Assembly: GCA_013265495.1 (NCBI GenBank)
Contig: MU058687.1
Span: 5,206,093 to 5,270,092, forward strand
Length of the DNA stretch: 64,000 nt
Source: Vicugna vicugna
Lineage: Eukaryota
Direction of reading: 5' to 3'
Both the position numbers and the translations under genes were made by a program. Shown here one piece after another: positions 1 to 12,627 of the stretch. How positions within the stretch are numbered: position 1 is the stretch's first letter; the number at the start of each line of letters is the position of its first letter. The notes beneath the pieces were generated by a model, which was not told the origin of the DNA, did not search any database, and saw only the letters and a list, made by a program, of their open reading frames with translations.

Positions 1-836
1 TCCACTCATAACAATTCTGATACCATACGCATGGGTTTTCCACACCTAGCGGTTCTCCAGTTCTTTATGGACACCAACTGGGTGTCCTACAACTTAATTC
101 AATTCTGACACTCTGTGGAGATAGTCCAGACCCTCCAGGTAAAGGGCTCAGTCCCACAAGACTGTGCCCCACTTCAGACACCAACCACAAGCAGTAGGCC
201 CACATGTTACCCACACTTCTGTCCAGCTGGGCTGTCAATCATGGGTTTCCTAGACCTCTTCCTCAGGTTCAATAATTTGCCCTAACAGCTCACAGAATCC
301 AGGGAAATACTTAACTTACTATAACTGGCTTATTACAAAGGATATTTTAAAGATACAAGTGCAGAGCCAGATGAAGGGGTACGTAGTCCAGAAGGGTCCC
401 AAGTGCAGGAATTTCTGCCCCTGTTGAGGTTGGAGTGCGCCACCCTCCAAGTACATGGGTGTGTTCACCCACTGGAAGCTCTCCAGACTCTTTCGTTTAA
501 GGTTTTTATGGAGGTTTCTTCTTGTAGGCATGATATATTAAATCACTGGCCACTGATGACTGACTGAATCTCCAGCCTCTCTGTCCCTCCTAGAGGTTGA
601 GAGGAGGGTGAAAGTTCTAACCCTCTAATCACATGGTTGGTTCATCTGGAAACCAGTTCCCATCTTCCAAAAGTCACCTTACTAGCCTAAACTCAGATAT
701 GGTTGAAAAGGACTTAATTATAAATAACAAAAGGTGCTCCTTTCAGCCTTACCATTCAGGAAATTCCAAGACTTTTAGAATCTCTGTGGCAGGAATTGGA
801 AATGAAGACCAAATGTGTATTTTTGGTAATATCACA
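1..836 (-). mobile_element. MER21-like ERV LTR (truncated by window start)
   Basis: Contains gacaccaactgggtgtcctacaac..aattctgacact and aagggctcagtcccacaagactg and ends in aatatcaca, as recalled for MER21-family LTRs; clearly homologous to 16377-17432. Confidence 0.8.
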
Positions 837-2239
837 ATAACACATAATACAATTGATTTGCTCGTGTATCTGTAGTACCACTTTTTGGTATGTTTGCTTA
901 GCCCCAAACCATTCTTCTTCCCCTGGAAAATGGGCCTTGTTGGTACTATGTAATCCAGTCTCTTGGCGATAACTGTACCTTGTACCAGGAGTAGGTGAAT
1001 GGCTTAGGCTGGGCCCATTTCTTTCGTAATATTTGGAACTGAAATCAGGAAATTCCAGTTTTATCTTGGACTCATAAGTTGAGAGGATTAAAAAACTTAG
1101 AAACTACAATTTTCCCACTTTCTGTTAAAAAGAAATAGAAGTTAATTAATCACTCATATTTATGAAGAAGTCAATCACTCACATTTGCAAAAAATTTACA
1201 AAGTGCAGGAAGTCTATGTGGTACCATTCTGAACAGCAATTATCTGGGACTTGAATTTCAAGCTTCAAAATCAGCTCCCTCTAACCATTATCACCACCTT
1301 ACTGACCTTCTCTTCAATCTCTCCATAGGTATGAAGTCAGGTACCCTGACTTTGAGATGGCTAGTTAATTGTGAACCTCTTTTATTGTAAAAGGTGAGTC
1401 TTTAATCAAACCTCAAGGGAAGTAAAGGACATGATGTTATAGAGAATAGAAAGGATATTCAAGACATAAAGACAGGGTGAACACGAATGAAGACAATCTT
1501 AACAGGAAGAAAAAGGTTTACAGAGAATTTGACTCCTAAAATTTACCAGTTTAGTGACTATTTTAATTATTAAAGGCAACTAATGATATAATGTTCCTTT
1601 TGATCTTCAAATGGCTGCATAGACATTATTTTTCTTAAAATAACAAGTATGTTTGTTGCTTTTGCTACCTACAGTGTTCCTTTGATATCCCATCTCCTTT
1701 AGCAAATCAGAAATTATGCAGAGGGCATCCCTATCATCATTCCCCAATTTGCACATGACAAACTAGGTGTGTGCATAACAAGATCTCCTCATACCTGGCG
1801 CTTCACATGCTACATATTATAGGGTCATCAGTACATGTCACAGGCATCAAGGAACCCAGCCATAACTACTTTAGCATCAAGAATTAGCTAAAAGTACCAG
1901 ATGAGATTATCTTGTAAATATTGACAACATGGTAGCAGTTTAAATGCCTGAATATTCTTTATTTGTCATCCCTGGGTAGGGAGTTGGGAAATAAAGTGGG
2001 TGAAGGAATCTTAGGAATAGGAAGAATGGGTAGGAATAGGGCTTGAAATCCTTTCACAGAAGAGAATGCGTCTCTGTCTTTTTCTCTGAAGTTGCATGTC
2101 ACATTTCAGTGGTTTTAAATGTGAAATGGTTATTAGGGAAGCGACGCTATTGGCAAAAAGCCATACAAAGGCAGGTTCAACTAGATTAAATGGAAAGCAA
2201 ATAAAAAAACTGAAACTGAACTTAAATCTTTTTACTTAC

Positions 2240-2621
2240 AAAAGTGATAATATTCTCTCCATGTGTAAGTTGGGTTGTTCCAGACATGGAAAACCAAAGA
2301 CTCAAACTTCACCTGAAATAAGAGTCCTGTTCCATTACGAATACCCCAATGCTCGGAGGAATGCTCATTTCAACAATCCTTCTGCAGTTTGGGAATGGTG
2401 TCAGGGAAGACTAGAGCAACAGAGATGCTCCACAGCAGCTTCAAATGTGTTGCTCTTGGACACAGATGCATTCTGCAGACAGGCATTTCAGAGCTTGCAC
2501 AGCAGCTCAGTGATCATTATACTGCATTGGTCCACTGTCTTCAACACTCAGCTTCCCCCGCAACAGTCCAAGATGACTTCTTGAGCCCCACGATGTCCAC
2601 AGTTCAGCAGCAGAAAAATCT
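2240..2621. other. Candidate exon in unique sequence (strand and gene unresolved)
   Basis: Minus reading: acceptor ctcttacAG (2620-2622) to donor TTT|GTAAGT (2234-2239), 380 nt, stops in all frames (UTR-like). Plus reading: tccttctgcAG|2388 to 2621|GTAAGA, 234 nt, one frame open throughout. Peptide not recognised. Confidence 0.4.
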
Positions 2622-3102
2622 GTAAGAGTTACCAGCCCCACCTTTTAAGAACATTCCTTAGAAACTGTGTATGACATGTTTATTTATGACACGTCTTTGG
2701 ATGTAAATGAGTTACATGGCTATATCAAGCTCCCAGGGGAGCTGGGAAGTGTAGTTCATATTTTAAACGACAGTTTGCCCAGCTAACGTCCAGTGGTTCT
2801 ATCATTAAAGAAGAGGGGAGGATGAATCTTGAGAGGACAATGGCAGTCTCTGCCCAGGCTTTATGCAGCAGGGATCCGTCATTTATGGCTGCCCCAAATT
2901 CTTTGAACATACTGGCTGTTTTCTTTTTTTTCTTTAATAGTTTCCATCACTGCAAATCCCTAGTGGGAGTGATTGAGAGGCAAGAAATGAGGCTGGAGAG
3001 AGGGCACAGGCTTGGCTGCAGAGAGCCTCATGCATCATGTCAAAGAGTTTGGATTTTATAGGCATTGGATTTAGATTTGTCTGGCACTTAGATATAATAG
3101 AT

Positions 3103-3134
<32 letters not shown>

Positions 3135-3141
3135 TAGACAG
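3103..3141 (+). repeat. (GACA)n microsatellite
   Basis: Directly visible gacagacagaca... run with one gacata interruption. Confidence 0.9.
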
Positions 3142-3771
3142 AAATATAGTACTTTTGGTTACCAACTATGCTTAAGGCTATTTTAGCATGAAGGATGGAA
3201 CAAAAATAAAATTGACATTCATTGCTTCTAAGGAGTATATAATTTTGCAGAGAAAATATGCCCTTAACTAAAATCCAATGCAAAGTAGTAAAAGTTAATA
3301 GACCCTTTTAATTTTCAGAAAACTTCCATATAAATGATTGAGTAAATGGCTGAAGCAAAGAAATGGAGTCTGAAAAGGAAGGGATATTTTGGGAAAATGA
3401 GTAGTTTATTTTGACCAAATAGGAATATATACAGGGGAGTAGGGGGAGAAAACTAACAAAATAAACTGAGAATATTTTGAGGAATATAGATTTCCTGTTT
3501 CTGAGCATTTAGAAATAACAAACAGAAGACCTGAGAATTTCTAAGTACATAGATTGAGGCTTGCTTGTGTTTATCAAATCTTTACTAAGCCAGATATTAT
3601 ATCAGATGTTGGAGACTCGAAGCCTCAAAAAATCCACTGACCCCAAGGCATGTAAATCTCCCTAAAGCCAGCTATGTGAGGTCATAGAAAACCATGACCT
3701 GACTGCTCTAGCTATTTCACTGGCTCCTAAATAGCCACCAGAATATCTGCAATTTGTCTCCAAGTATGTCT

Positions 3772-5570
3772 ATGGTTTCCCTTATCTATTACAGTGGAGC
3801 AAACTACTCCAAGAGTTAGTTTAGTGTCTTAAGACAATAACAGCCTATTATTTCTCAAGATTTTGTGGGTACTTCTGATTCACATGGTGTCAGCTGGGGT
3901 GATAAGAAGACTAGAAAGTCCAAAATGATCTCATTTATACTGTGGGTATAGTTAGTTGCTTAAAGCAATAAAAAATTATTATATATCAAGACTGAGAGCT
4001 CAGCTGGGGCTGTCAACCAGGGGCCTCCATCTCCATCTACTCAGGCTTCTCCGGCTTCCCCACAGCACGGTAGTCAGGTTCTAAGGCGTGTTCCTAGTGG
4101 CAAAGGTGGAAGCTATAGATCTTTTAAGGACCAGCCTCAGAAGTGGCACAGCATAACATCTGCCCTGTTCTTTTGTTCAAAAAAGGTCATAGGGGCATGC
4201 AAATTTAAGGAGGAGGGAAATACATTCCATGGCTTGATGGGGAGCAGGAAGATCATATTGCAAAGAAGTATGTGGAATGGAAGATACTGTTGCAATCATC
4301 TCTGTAAAAAACAGTCTATTACTATCCTCTAGCTGTAAGAATTCATATTCCTCTCACTTGAAAACTGTTCCTATCTCATATCCCCAAAATCTCATCCCAT
4401 TTTAACATTAGGCTCAGACTCAAGCTCCAGGAGTTTTTCATCTTAATTAGTTAAGAATGAATCTTCTTGGGTGTAGAAAACTATGAACTGTCTACCTCAC
4501 TCCTATGACCAACAAAGTGGGGGGATGAGAATAAGATAATCATGATAGACATTCCCACTCAAAAAGGGAAAACAGACAGCACTTAGCAGTCACTTGTTTA
4601 TAGAAATTATGATATCCAGCCAGGCACGTGCTGCTAATCCTCCCTGCTCAAGAATCAGGAAACAGACATTGATTAAGACCAAGTTCTACTCCGTCTGATT
4701 CTGAACTGAAGCTTTTTTTTTTTTTTTTTTTGTCTAGCTGAGAGGATCTAGGAGACATAGGATTTAATTTTTTATAAGGTCTCTGGAATCTTATAGACAC
4801 ATCCTTGACTTGGCCTTGACCGATACCACATTATACTAGTATCATCGTGGGTTTGATCTTTTCCCAGAGTCATTTCTTTGCTAACCTTTTGCCATCTGGA
4901 GAGGCTTGGAATTAGAAACAGTTTTATTTTCCATCCTTGAAACTTTTAGGTTGGAAAAATTTCCTCTGATTTCTGCTTGAAACCCAAATTGTTTCTTTAG
5001 ATCTTCTTTCTCTTTTGTCACTCCATTATCAGTAGTTAAACATTGCCAATTGACACTTTCAATGTTCTGCCTGGAATCGCTTATGCCAAATTCACAAGTT
5101 TATTAGTTATATTTTCTATCATCCATATTACCTTAGGTGACAGTGTTGTCAAATCTTCTGTCTTTAGACAGTTGCCTTTCCTCCAGCCTCTAATATTAAT
5201 TTCCTCATTACCTTTTCAACGTCTACTGAGTCTTCATACTTTTCTTCATTCTCCTATCCACAGTCCAATCTCAAAGCCAATGCTATGTATTTTAGGTTTC
5301 TATTATGGCTTTACCCACTGCTATACTGTTCCAAAACTTAGTTGCTTAAGGCAATAAAAAATTATTATATATCAAGACTCTGCCAACTGACCATGTGTAC
5401 TTCTGTTTCCTGTGTTGACTGAAGTGCCAGGGTGAATGAGAAGTTAAAAATGGCATCATGTGCATGGCTGGCAGCTGGTACTGGCTGGGGGATAGCTCAC
5501 CTGGTGGTGTCAGGTGGAGGTCTTGGTAATCCGTAATCTGGGCTACTCCACAATCTATCTGGGCTTCTTG
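3772..5570 (-). mobile_element. MaLR provirus remnant: MLT1H-like LTR (~3772-4324), internal region (~4325-5325), second truncated LTR (~5326-5570)
   Basis: LTR motifs gagagctcagctggggctgtcaaccag and gcctcagaagtggcacagcat; MLT-int motifs gacattcccactcaaaaaggg and aaagccaatgctatgtattttaggtt; second LTR start ccaaaacttagttgcttaaggcaata. Confidence 0.75.
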
Positions 5571-5829
5571 ACATGTTTTATCACATTTAATTTACCTCTA
5601 ACCTTAGCATTGTGAGGTAGGTATTCAAATAAGACACCATTCTTGCCCTAAAGGAGTTTATGTCTGGTGGAGGAGATAATCAATGATTATAATGTAAATC
5701 ATACATGGGGAAATGGAAGTTCACAAAGGTTGAGTAAATTGCTCTTCATCTGACAGCTGACTCAGATATGAACTAGATCTGCGTGACTTCAAAACTATGT
5801 TTCCTGTGCATTTAGAAAGTTAATCCACA

Positions 5830-6570
5830 TTTGCAGACCAATGGTAATGGAGATTTGGATGTTGGAAATGAAAAAAGGATCAAATGCAAAAATACTGTGC
5901 AGGCAGAATAGACAGGACTTGACGACTGCTTAGCTGAGGTGGATACGGCCAACAAAAGAATCCAAGTTACTCCTGTGGGACCACAGTCAGGAAATCAGAA
6001 GAAAGGATTGGTAGTAAATAATTCCACTTGCTTTAACCACGTTTAGTTTGAGGAACTGAACAGACATACAGTTGTTATCCACAAGCAGATTTAAGATAGA
6101 AAAATTTCAATCATTTATTCAGACTTTTTTGAGCACCTTCTATATGTCTGGTTCTGGGTTGGTGAACGAGAAGCCATGATCTCCAATGGCCATGATCTAA
6201 GAGTCAAGATGCAAATAGAGTCCTACAGGCAAAGGATTATGCTTTGATATGATAAGGAGCGCAAGAAAAGTAAATACACAAGTCAGCACAAGGGAACAAA
6301 GAAGAAAGTCAAGAGGACACTAGGGGAATTAGCTGCATATGGATGGCCATTACACCAGGCGATGGATGCAACTGCTAAGAGAAAGAAAGGAAGAAAATGG
6401 CTACAGACACTCATTTGGATGAGGATTCGAAGAAGTAGACAGGAGGAAAGTCTAAGAAGTAGGGAGAGAATCAGCCACAGAAGTCACGAAAAGAGAAAAT
6501 TTCCAAAACAATCACACCAATTCAGGCAGTGTTAGAGGCAGATCAATGGAATGAGATGTGGTCAGGAGCT
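5830..6570 (-). mobile_element. L2 LINE fragments
   Basis: gcagaatagacaggacttgacgactg, tttagtttgaggaactg and tcatttattcag..gagcaccttctatatgtc resemble degenerate L2 3' sequence. Confidence 0.55.
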
Positions 6571-7159
6571 TTAATAGGCAATCGATGTCGGGCTGCCAAA
6601 GAGGATGAAGACCAGGAAGAGATGGCTTTATTGGGCTGGAATTCAGTTCTTTCTTTCTGTTTATATGGAAATGAGATAAACTATGATAATTCAATCTTTC
6701 AAAGACATTAAAATGACTTCCAGACAAACAAGTATATTGGTTATATTGCTCTATCATAATGACTCATATCCCAGGAAGAGATAAATGAACTATATGCTGA
6801 ATGAGAAAGAAACACTTAGCTAAGATAATTAAGTTAGCTAAGCTTAATTGAGGGTTCAGAAGCTCCAAGTTTTGGAATGAAAATGGTAGAGGATAAACTA
6901 ATTTTCAAATACGGAAGGATAATTTCAGGTTAGAAACTGAAGAGGTCTAAGGATTTAGTATCTGCACTGTCCCATTTCAACTTCTTGTTCTGTCTGAAAA
7001 AAAATTCATCATAAAAATAGAAAAAGCTAGACGTTTTTGAAAGCACAGGGCAACTATTCATTTTTAAACCTTCTATTTCCTATAAGAACCATTTAACCAA
7101 AACATAAAAAGCATCTATAACAGGATGTTAGAATGGCTTTTTTTTTTTGGTTTCAGTTT

Positions 7160-8190
7160 AAGTTATGACCCCAAGGACTGAGAACAAAACACTAGGTGTA
7201 GAAGCCTCTACAATCTAAAATGAGAAGTAGTCTGGTAACTTGCTTTGGCAGTCCTTAGCATAAGGAGACTCCAGGATATTTAAAATGTTGGTGAAGCCAA
7301 GAAAGAGGACTATTTTTAGAGAGAATTTCTTTAGAGAGAGTTATTGGAATGGTATGGAATTCACTACCAGTTCTGACTCACACACACACACCCCACCACC
7401 ATGAGGGAAGAGAAATGCAAGCCAAGTAAGTGACAATGAAGGCAATTACTCAGAAAGTTTGACCTTCTCTCCTGGAAGTCTGTGAAACACGTAAACTGAT
7501 GTCATACATATTTAAAGAAAAGTCCAAATGTGGGGTGTGGTGGAGGCTGCCCTGGTAAATAGCAGTGCTCAGCCTCATGTTTCCCAGGGATAAATTGTGG
7601 GGCTTCAAATTGGGATCCAGTATGGATACCACCCAAGAAGGCCGCCTAGAGGGAAGATGGGACTCCAACAGAATAGACCACTGGATGCCCATGGTCTGGG
7701 GAGGAATTACAAGCAGACTCGGAGACGACAAACACTGCCTTAACCTCAGAGGTTCCCACTGGGGAAATCTTTGAGAAACACATAAAAGTTCCCCAAGCGA
7801 TCATGAATCAGGTTTGGACATCTGCTCAGAGATCAGCAGAGTGAGATCATGACTGTGTGACAGTACTAGCCATGTTAAACCTTTCTTGCCCCTAATATAT
7901 CTTCTACCTCTTAGGATCCCACCCCCCTCCTCCTCCCAAGCTGCCCCCAGACTGGAGGAGTCAGAGACAACCTAGTGTAGTCTGGTGAGATAAGGGTTTT
8001 AACCTCAAATAAAGCTTGGAGTCTTGATTATTCCCATGGCCATGTTAATTCTGAAATGAAATTGTTATTGCATTTAGAAGTACAAGACAATTTTTTTTTA
8101 ATAGCTGGGAGCCAAGAGACCTGCCCAAAGCTTTATTGAAGGCCTGGGTAGAAATAGTCTACACAGATGTTTTAAAGGGGCAGTGGTTTT
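7160..8190 (+). mobile_element. Ancient Gypsy-like LTR (MamGypLTR type)
   Basis: ctgggagccaagagacctgcc...ttttaaaggggcagtgg and ttaattctgaaatgaaattg resemble MamGypLTR 3' motifs from memory; boundaries approximate. Confidence 0.5.
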
Positions 8191-8299
8191 TTTGTTTTCT
8201 TTTTTAGCTTTATTCTCACACTTTAAAAAGTCTCACTTGTTAGTTGTAATGTTTATACCTAGGTGGTGTTTTTTAACACAGTAAAACAAAAAGATTAAA

Positions 8300-8528
8300 G
8301 GTGCCACTGCGGAGTAAGACCTTCTAGATTCAAAGGCCAGTTCCACCACCCACGAGCTGTGTGGACTTGGACGAGCGACTTAGCCATTGAAAGCTTTCTC
8401 TCCTGGAAAGTGGAGATAATGATTATTCCTACCTCATAGGGCTGATGTGAGAGCTAAATAAAATTATGGAGGTAAATTGCAAACAACTGTGCCTACCACA
8501 GTGAGTACTCTATAAATTATTATTATTA
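8300..8528 (+). mobile_element. MIR SINE
   Basis: agctgtgtggacttggacgag...gataatgattattcctacctcatagggctgatgtgag...gtgcctaccacagtgagtactc matches the MIR core and tail. Confidence 0.85.
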
Positions 8529-9424
8529 ATTTTACTTTTTACCAGTTACAATTAACCTCTTTTTCCTTGTCCCCAAGAGTATATTATTTGATGTTTATTT
8601 ATCAGACTATTACTCATATCTCTACTGCTCATTAAACTCACCTTTTGGATGTAGTTTTTATTTTTATTTATTTATTTATTTTTAGCTCCTCTCTGAAGTA
8701 AAATTCTGCAGTCATTCCTAGCAGCACAGCAACACTGGGCAGTGCCTCCAATTGAAAACTGCAGGCAGAATTTGAGCAAGCGGAAAGTGATTACTCTGCC
8801 TGCCATCTCCCTAGTTCCCTGCAGAGTGAAATATCCTCTGCACCCTTGGTAGGAATGGTCTAAGAGTTTTGAAAACTCCTGGGTTCATCATTGTGATTTT
8901 CCACCACTTTTGAGAGCATCATTTCACAGAAATTCTAGGTGTGCGGGACACATAGCATTCTGGTATTTTCAAATGTTTCAACTTACTTTATAAGGATGGT
9001 TGTCTGGTTTCTTCCTTATGGGAGAGGAGGGAAAGCATCAACATAATTTGAGCTGAACATTCTCGAAAATTGAAAGTCACTCATCTTAAGGAGTATTAGG
9101 TAATCAATCTCAGGTGCTTCCTCTTTCCTCCAAAATCTTAGAGAAAAAGAGCCCATTGAAGCTGGCTCGCAATGGCATCCAGGGATACTCATAGAAAATA
9201 AAAAGGAAGTTGGCACAGAGCAAGCAGTGTGCACATCAAAGGGCTGTGGATTCTGTGTAGCTGCATCAGGGCATCGCTGTGCTAAGGGCTCTTATAACTG
9301 AAAGAAGCCTTTGGGGTCAACTACATCAGCCTCCTCTGTCCTCTGCTAACCCGGAAATCTCTTCCTAACTCTCCCAAGTGACAGTTCTAGCTTCTGAAAT
9401 GACTTGTTGGCCTTCCTGAATAAT

Positions 9425-11115
9425 TATTTTATTTTATTCAATGCTTTCTTTTAGAGATATAATACACTTACTGGGTTCAAAAGATAAAAGGCACAACAGG
9501 TGTACAGTAAAATGCTTCTGTCTTGTCCTTGTTCACAGGCAACTACTGGATCTTCCCAAAGGGAGCTGACGTTATCAGTTTAACGTGTATCTTTTCAGAG
9601 CACAGACTTGGAACAACGAATGCATGTGTGCGTAAATGTACCCTTCGCTATCACGCAAGCTGCAGTATGCTACATAATGGGTCATGCACCTTGATTGTTA
9701 ACCTAAAAACTTATTTTAGAAATTATTCCATATCTGTAAATAAAAAGCTTTCTCATTCTTTTTAGAGCTGCCTAATTTCCATTGTACGTATGTATCATCA
9801 TTTATTTAGCTAGTTCCTATTTGTAGACATTTAAATTGTTTCTAATATTCCAGTATACTAAATAATGATACGATGAATGATTTTGTACAAAGGTGTTTCT
9901 CATATGTGAGTACATCTATAGATGAAATCCCCAAAATAAAATTACTGAGGAAGAGAATGTGTGAGTTTATAATTTAGAAGTGTCCATACAAAGGTAATGG
10001 ACGGACACACACACACACTCACGTGGGAGAAAATTAGGTTTATTGGAAAAACTCACAGCGGGTAGGGCTAGTAAGGTGTAAAGGTTCACAGTCCTGTTAA
10101 CGGCCTGAGGAGAGGCATTCTGGGCTGGGCACCTCTGGCTGCTGCATGGAAAGTGTTCCAGGAAAAGGACCCTGTCCTCATCCTGCTCTTTGTGTTTCTA
10201 GGGTGATCCGACAGAGAATACTTCCTTAATTGTGTAACAAGTGATGCTTCCTGGACTAGGAAATGTCCTTTGGGATCAGAGAGCTCAGTTAGTGCCTTTG
10301 CATACCAAGTCTGCTATTAACCAGCGGTCTTGTGCCAGCCTAATAACCTAACTCCATCTTGGTGACCTAGCTCATTGCTGAACTACAAGAAAGGGGAAAA
10401 AAAAAGCCCAGGTATGCAGAGAGCTGTGAGAGCTGTAAGGGATTCCCACGAGTCCGAAAAATTCCCTTTCGTTTGCTAGTCACAGTCAAATATCCCTCCA
10501 TTGAGGGTATGGTAATTTATACTCACACCAGTGAATGGCCTCGTTCATTGAGTCGTAACTTGAACCTTGAAGACTTTATTACATTGTTCGATCTTCGATA
10601 ATATGGTCATGAAAAGCATAGGCTTGGTATGGTTTAAGTTTATATTTCTTTTATTATTATCAAGGATGAGCATCTTTTCATATGTTTTAAAATAATTCAT
10701 TTTCCTCTTCTGTGATATGTCTGTTCATATCCTTTCCTGTTTTTTATATTGGATTATTGGTCTTTTTGTTATTGGTTTGTAGGAGATTTTTATCTCTCAT
10801 ATATATTAGGGAATTAATGCTTTGTAACACAGATTGCAGGTGTCTCCCGATTTATCATCCGATTTTTGAGTTTGCTTATGGTGGATTTTATCTTGCAGAA
10901 ATTTAATTTTTCATGTAGCTGAATTTATCACTTTCCTTTTTTGGCTTTGGGTTTTATGTTATATAAGAAAGAACTTCTGTACCTTGAGATTATTTTTTTA
11001 AAAAAAAACAAAACTTGTCCTGCATGTGTTGTTGTTGTTTTTTAAGAACTTTTATGTAATATTTCTTTCCTTTTCTTTGTTTTTAAACATTTGAATCTTC
11101 AACCCATCTAATTAT
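9425..11115 (-). mobile_element. Old L1 (L1ME-type) 3' region, interrupted by an LTR
   Basis: tcattctttttagagctgcctaatttccattg, gtagacatttaaattgtttctaata and gatgagcatcttttcatatgttt are L1ME 3' motifs. Confidence 0.75.
9981..10387 (-). mobile_element. Solo ERV LTR, 407 bp, family not recognised
   Basis: TG...CA termini; flanks AGAAG (9976-9980) and AGAAA (10388-10392); minus-strand AATAAA at 10039-10044; caagatggag motif near the minus-strand 5' end; interrupts L1. Confidence 0.75.
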
Positions 11116-11479
11116 TTCTAGCTTTTCAAGTTAAGGACACATAATAAATATCTGTAGATCATTTTTGTATCTAGAGAGTTAGGAGAAGTTGTAGCACTAA
11201 ATCTTATTACCTGTTCTTCTAAAGAATTTGACTACTTTTGAATGCTAACTGCTCAATCAGTGGGTTCATTCCTTGTTTTGTTCTGACTGTAAGCTTCCTT
11301 AGGATCTCAAATTTTCAAAGACCTGAACTTCTAAGCAGATGGACACTACTAGATTTCCATGAAACTTAACAGACATCTTTTCCAGATTATTTTTCTTGTT
11401 TATCTAGCATTCAGCCATTCTTACTGGGTTTTAATCAATATTACACAACTTTATCTAGCTGTTCATGAAAATGTTTTTA

Positions 11480-12627
11480 AAAGAATATGTTCCCAACAGG
11501 AATTTTGTGTGGATGTGTGTGTGTGGATGTGGGATTTGACAAACTGATTAAGAATTTTATGTGGAAACATAAAAGATCAAGGATGGCAAGGCATTCTAGA
11601 AGAAAAATAATGTGGAGGACTCATCTTGCCAGAGAGCAATAGTTTTTATAAAACTTAAGTCAGTGAAGTACTGGTACAGAGGTAGATAAACCAGTGCAAC
11701 AGAGTACAAAGCCCAGAATCAAATTCACACATCTATGGAAACTTGATTTATGATAGAGCTGGTATTGAAGAATAATGAAAATTGGTTAGAAATGGAGGGA
11801 TTTTCAATAAATATTGGGATAATTAATTACCATATAGAAAATAATTGGATGTGTATTTTACCTCATAAGAAAAGTGTAAATTTTCAGTTCATTTAAAGAT
11901 TTAAAAGTAACTGTCAAAACTATAATATACTGGTAGATAATACAGAGAATAACTTCATGACTTTAGGGTGGGAAAGAATCTTTAAAAAAAAAACCAAAAA
12001 GTGCATATCAGGAAAAATAAAATTAATAAACTTAATTTTAGTAAAACTAAGAACTAAATTTCTATTTAAAAATGGAAATAACAAGTAAGACACAATCAGG
12101 AAGAGAACTTTGGAAGCATATGATTGGCAAAGGATTAGACTCTAGGCTATATCAAGAATTCCTGCAATTTAAAAAGAAAAAAAAATAAGCAAAAAAAGAA
12201 AAATGAAAAGTCACTTCATAGAAGAGAAAGCTTGAATGGCCAACAGACAAGTGAAGAGGTGTAAATTTCATTGATATCATGAGAGGGAAAATTCAAACCA
12301 CAGTGATTTCCATTTGAAACAACTGGCAAAAGTCAAAAAGTCTAACAAATCTGATAAGGATGTAAAGCAAAAAAGCCCATAACTCCGTTAGAACTCTTTT
12401 CTGTACCACATAAGCCTAAATGACATGCAGTTTAATTTTTTTTGATATGTAGTTTACAGATAAAACACATAGTGACTTTTTATTAAGAAAGGAAAACAAT
12501 AGACATAAAGTGCAGAATTTGAAGACAGTTATGCAGGAGACTTCAAGTATTATGGTAATGTTCTGTTTCTTTAACAGGGTAATGGATACATCAGCATTCA
12601 TTGCACTGTTATTTTCTATACTCTGCA
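11480..12627 (+). mobile_element. Old L1 ORF2 C-terminal/3' fragment (decayed)
   Basis: tttgacaaactgatt..ttttatgtggaaa, ggaggactcatcttgccaga, aaagcccagaatcaaattcacacatctatggaaacttgatttatga are typical late L1 ORF2 sequence; no open frame. Confidence 0.85.

Noticed and set aside
2096..2584. 162-aa ORF as a single-exon gene
   Set aside because: No recognisable domain, and the N-terminal part crosses AT-rich intron-like sequence. Only the sub-interval is kept, as a candidate exon.
6815..6850. Short AT-rich palindromes (also ~61870-61890)
   Set aside because: Too short and low in complexity to imply a hairpin RNA or an element.
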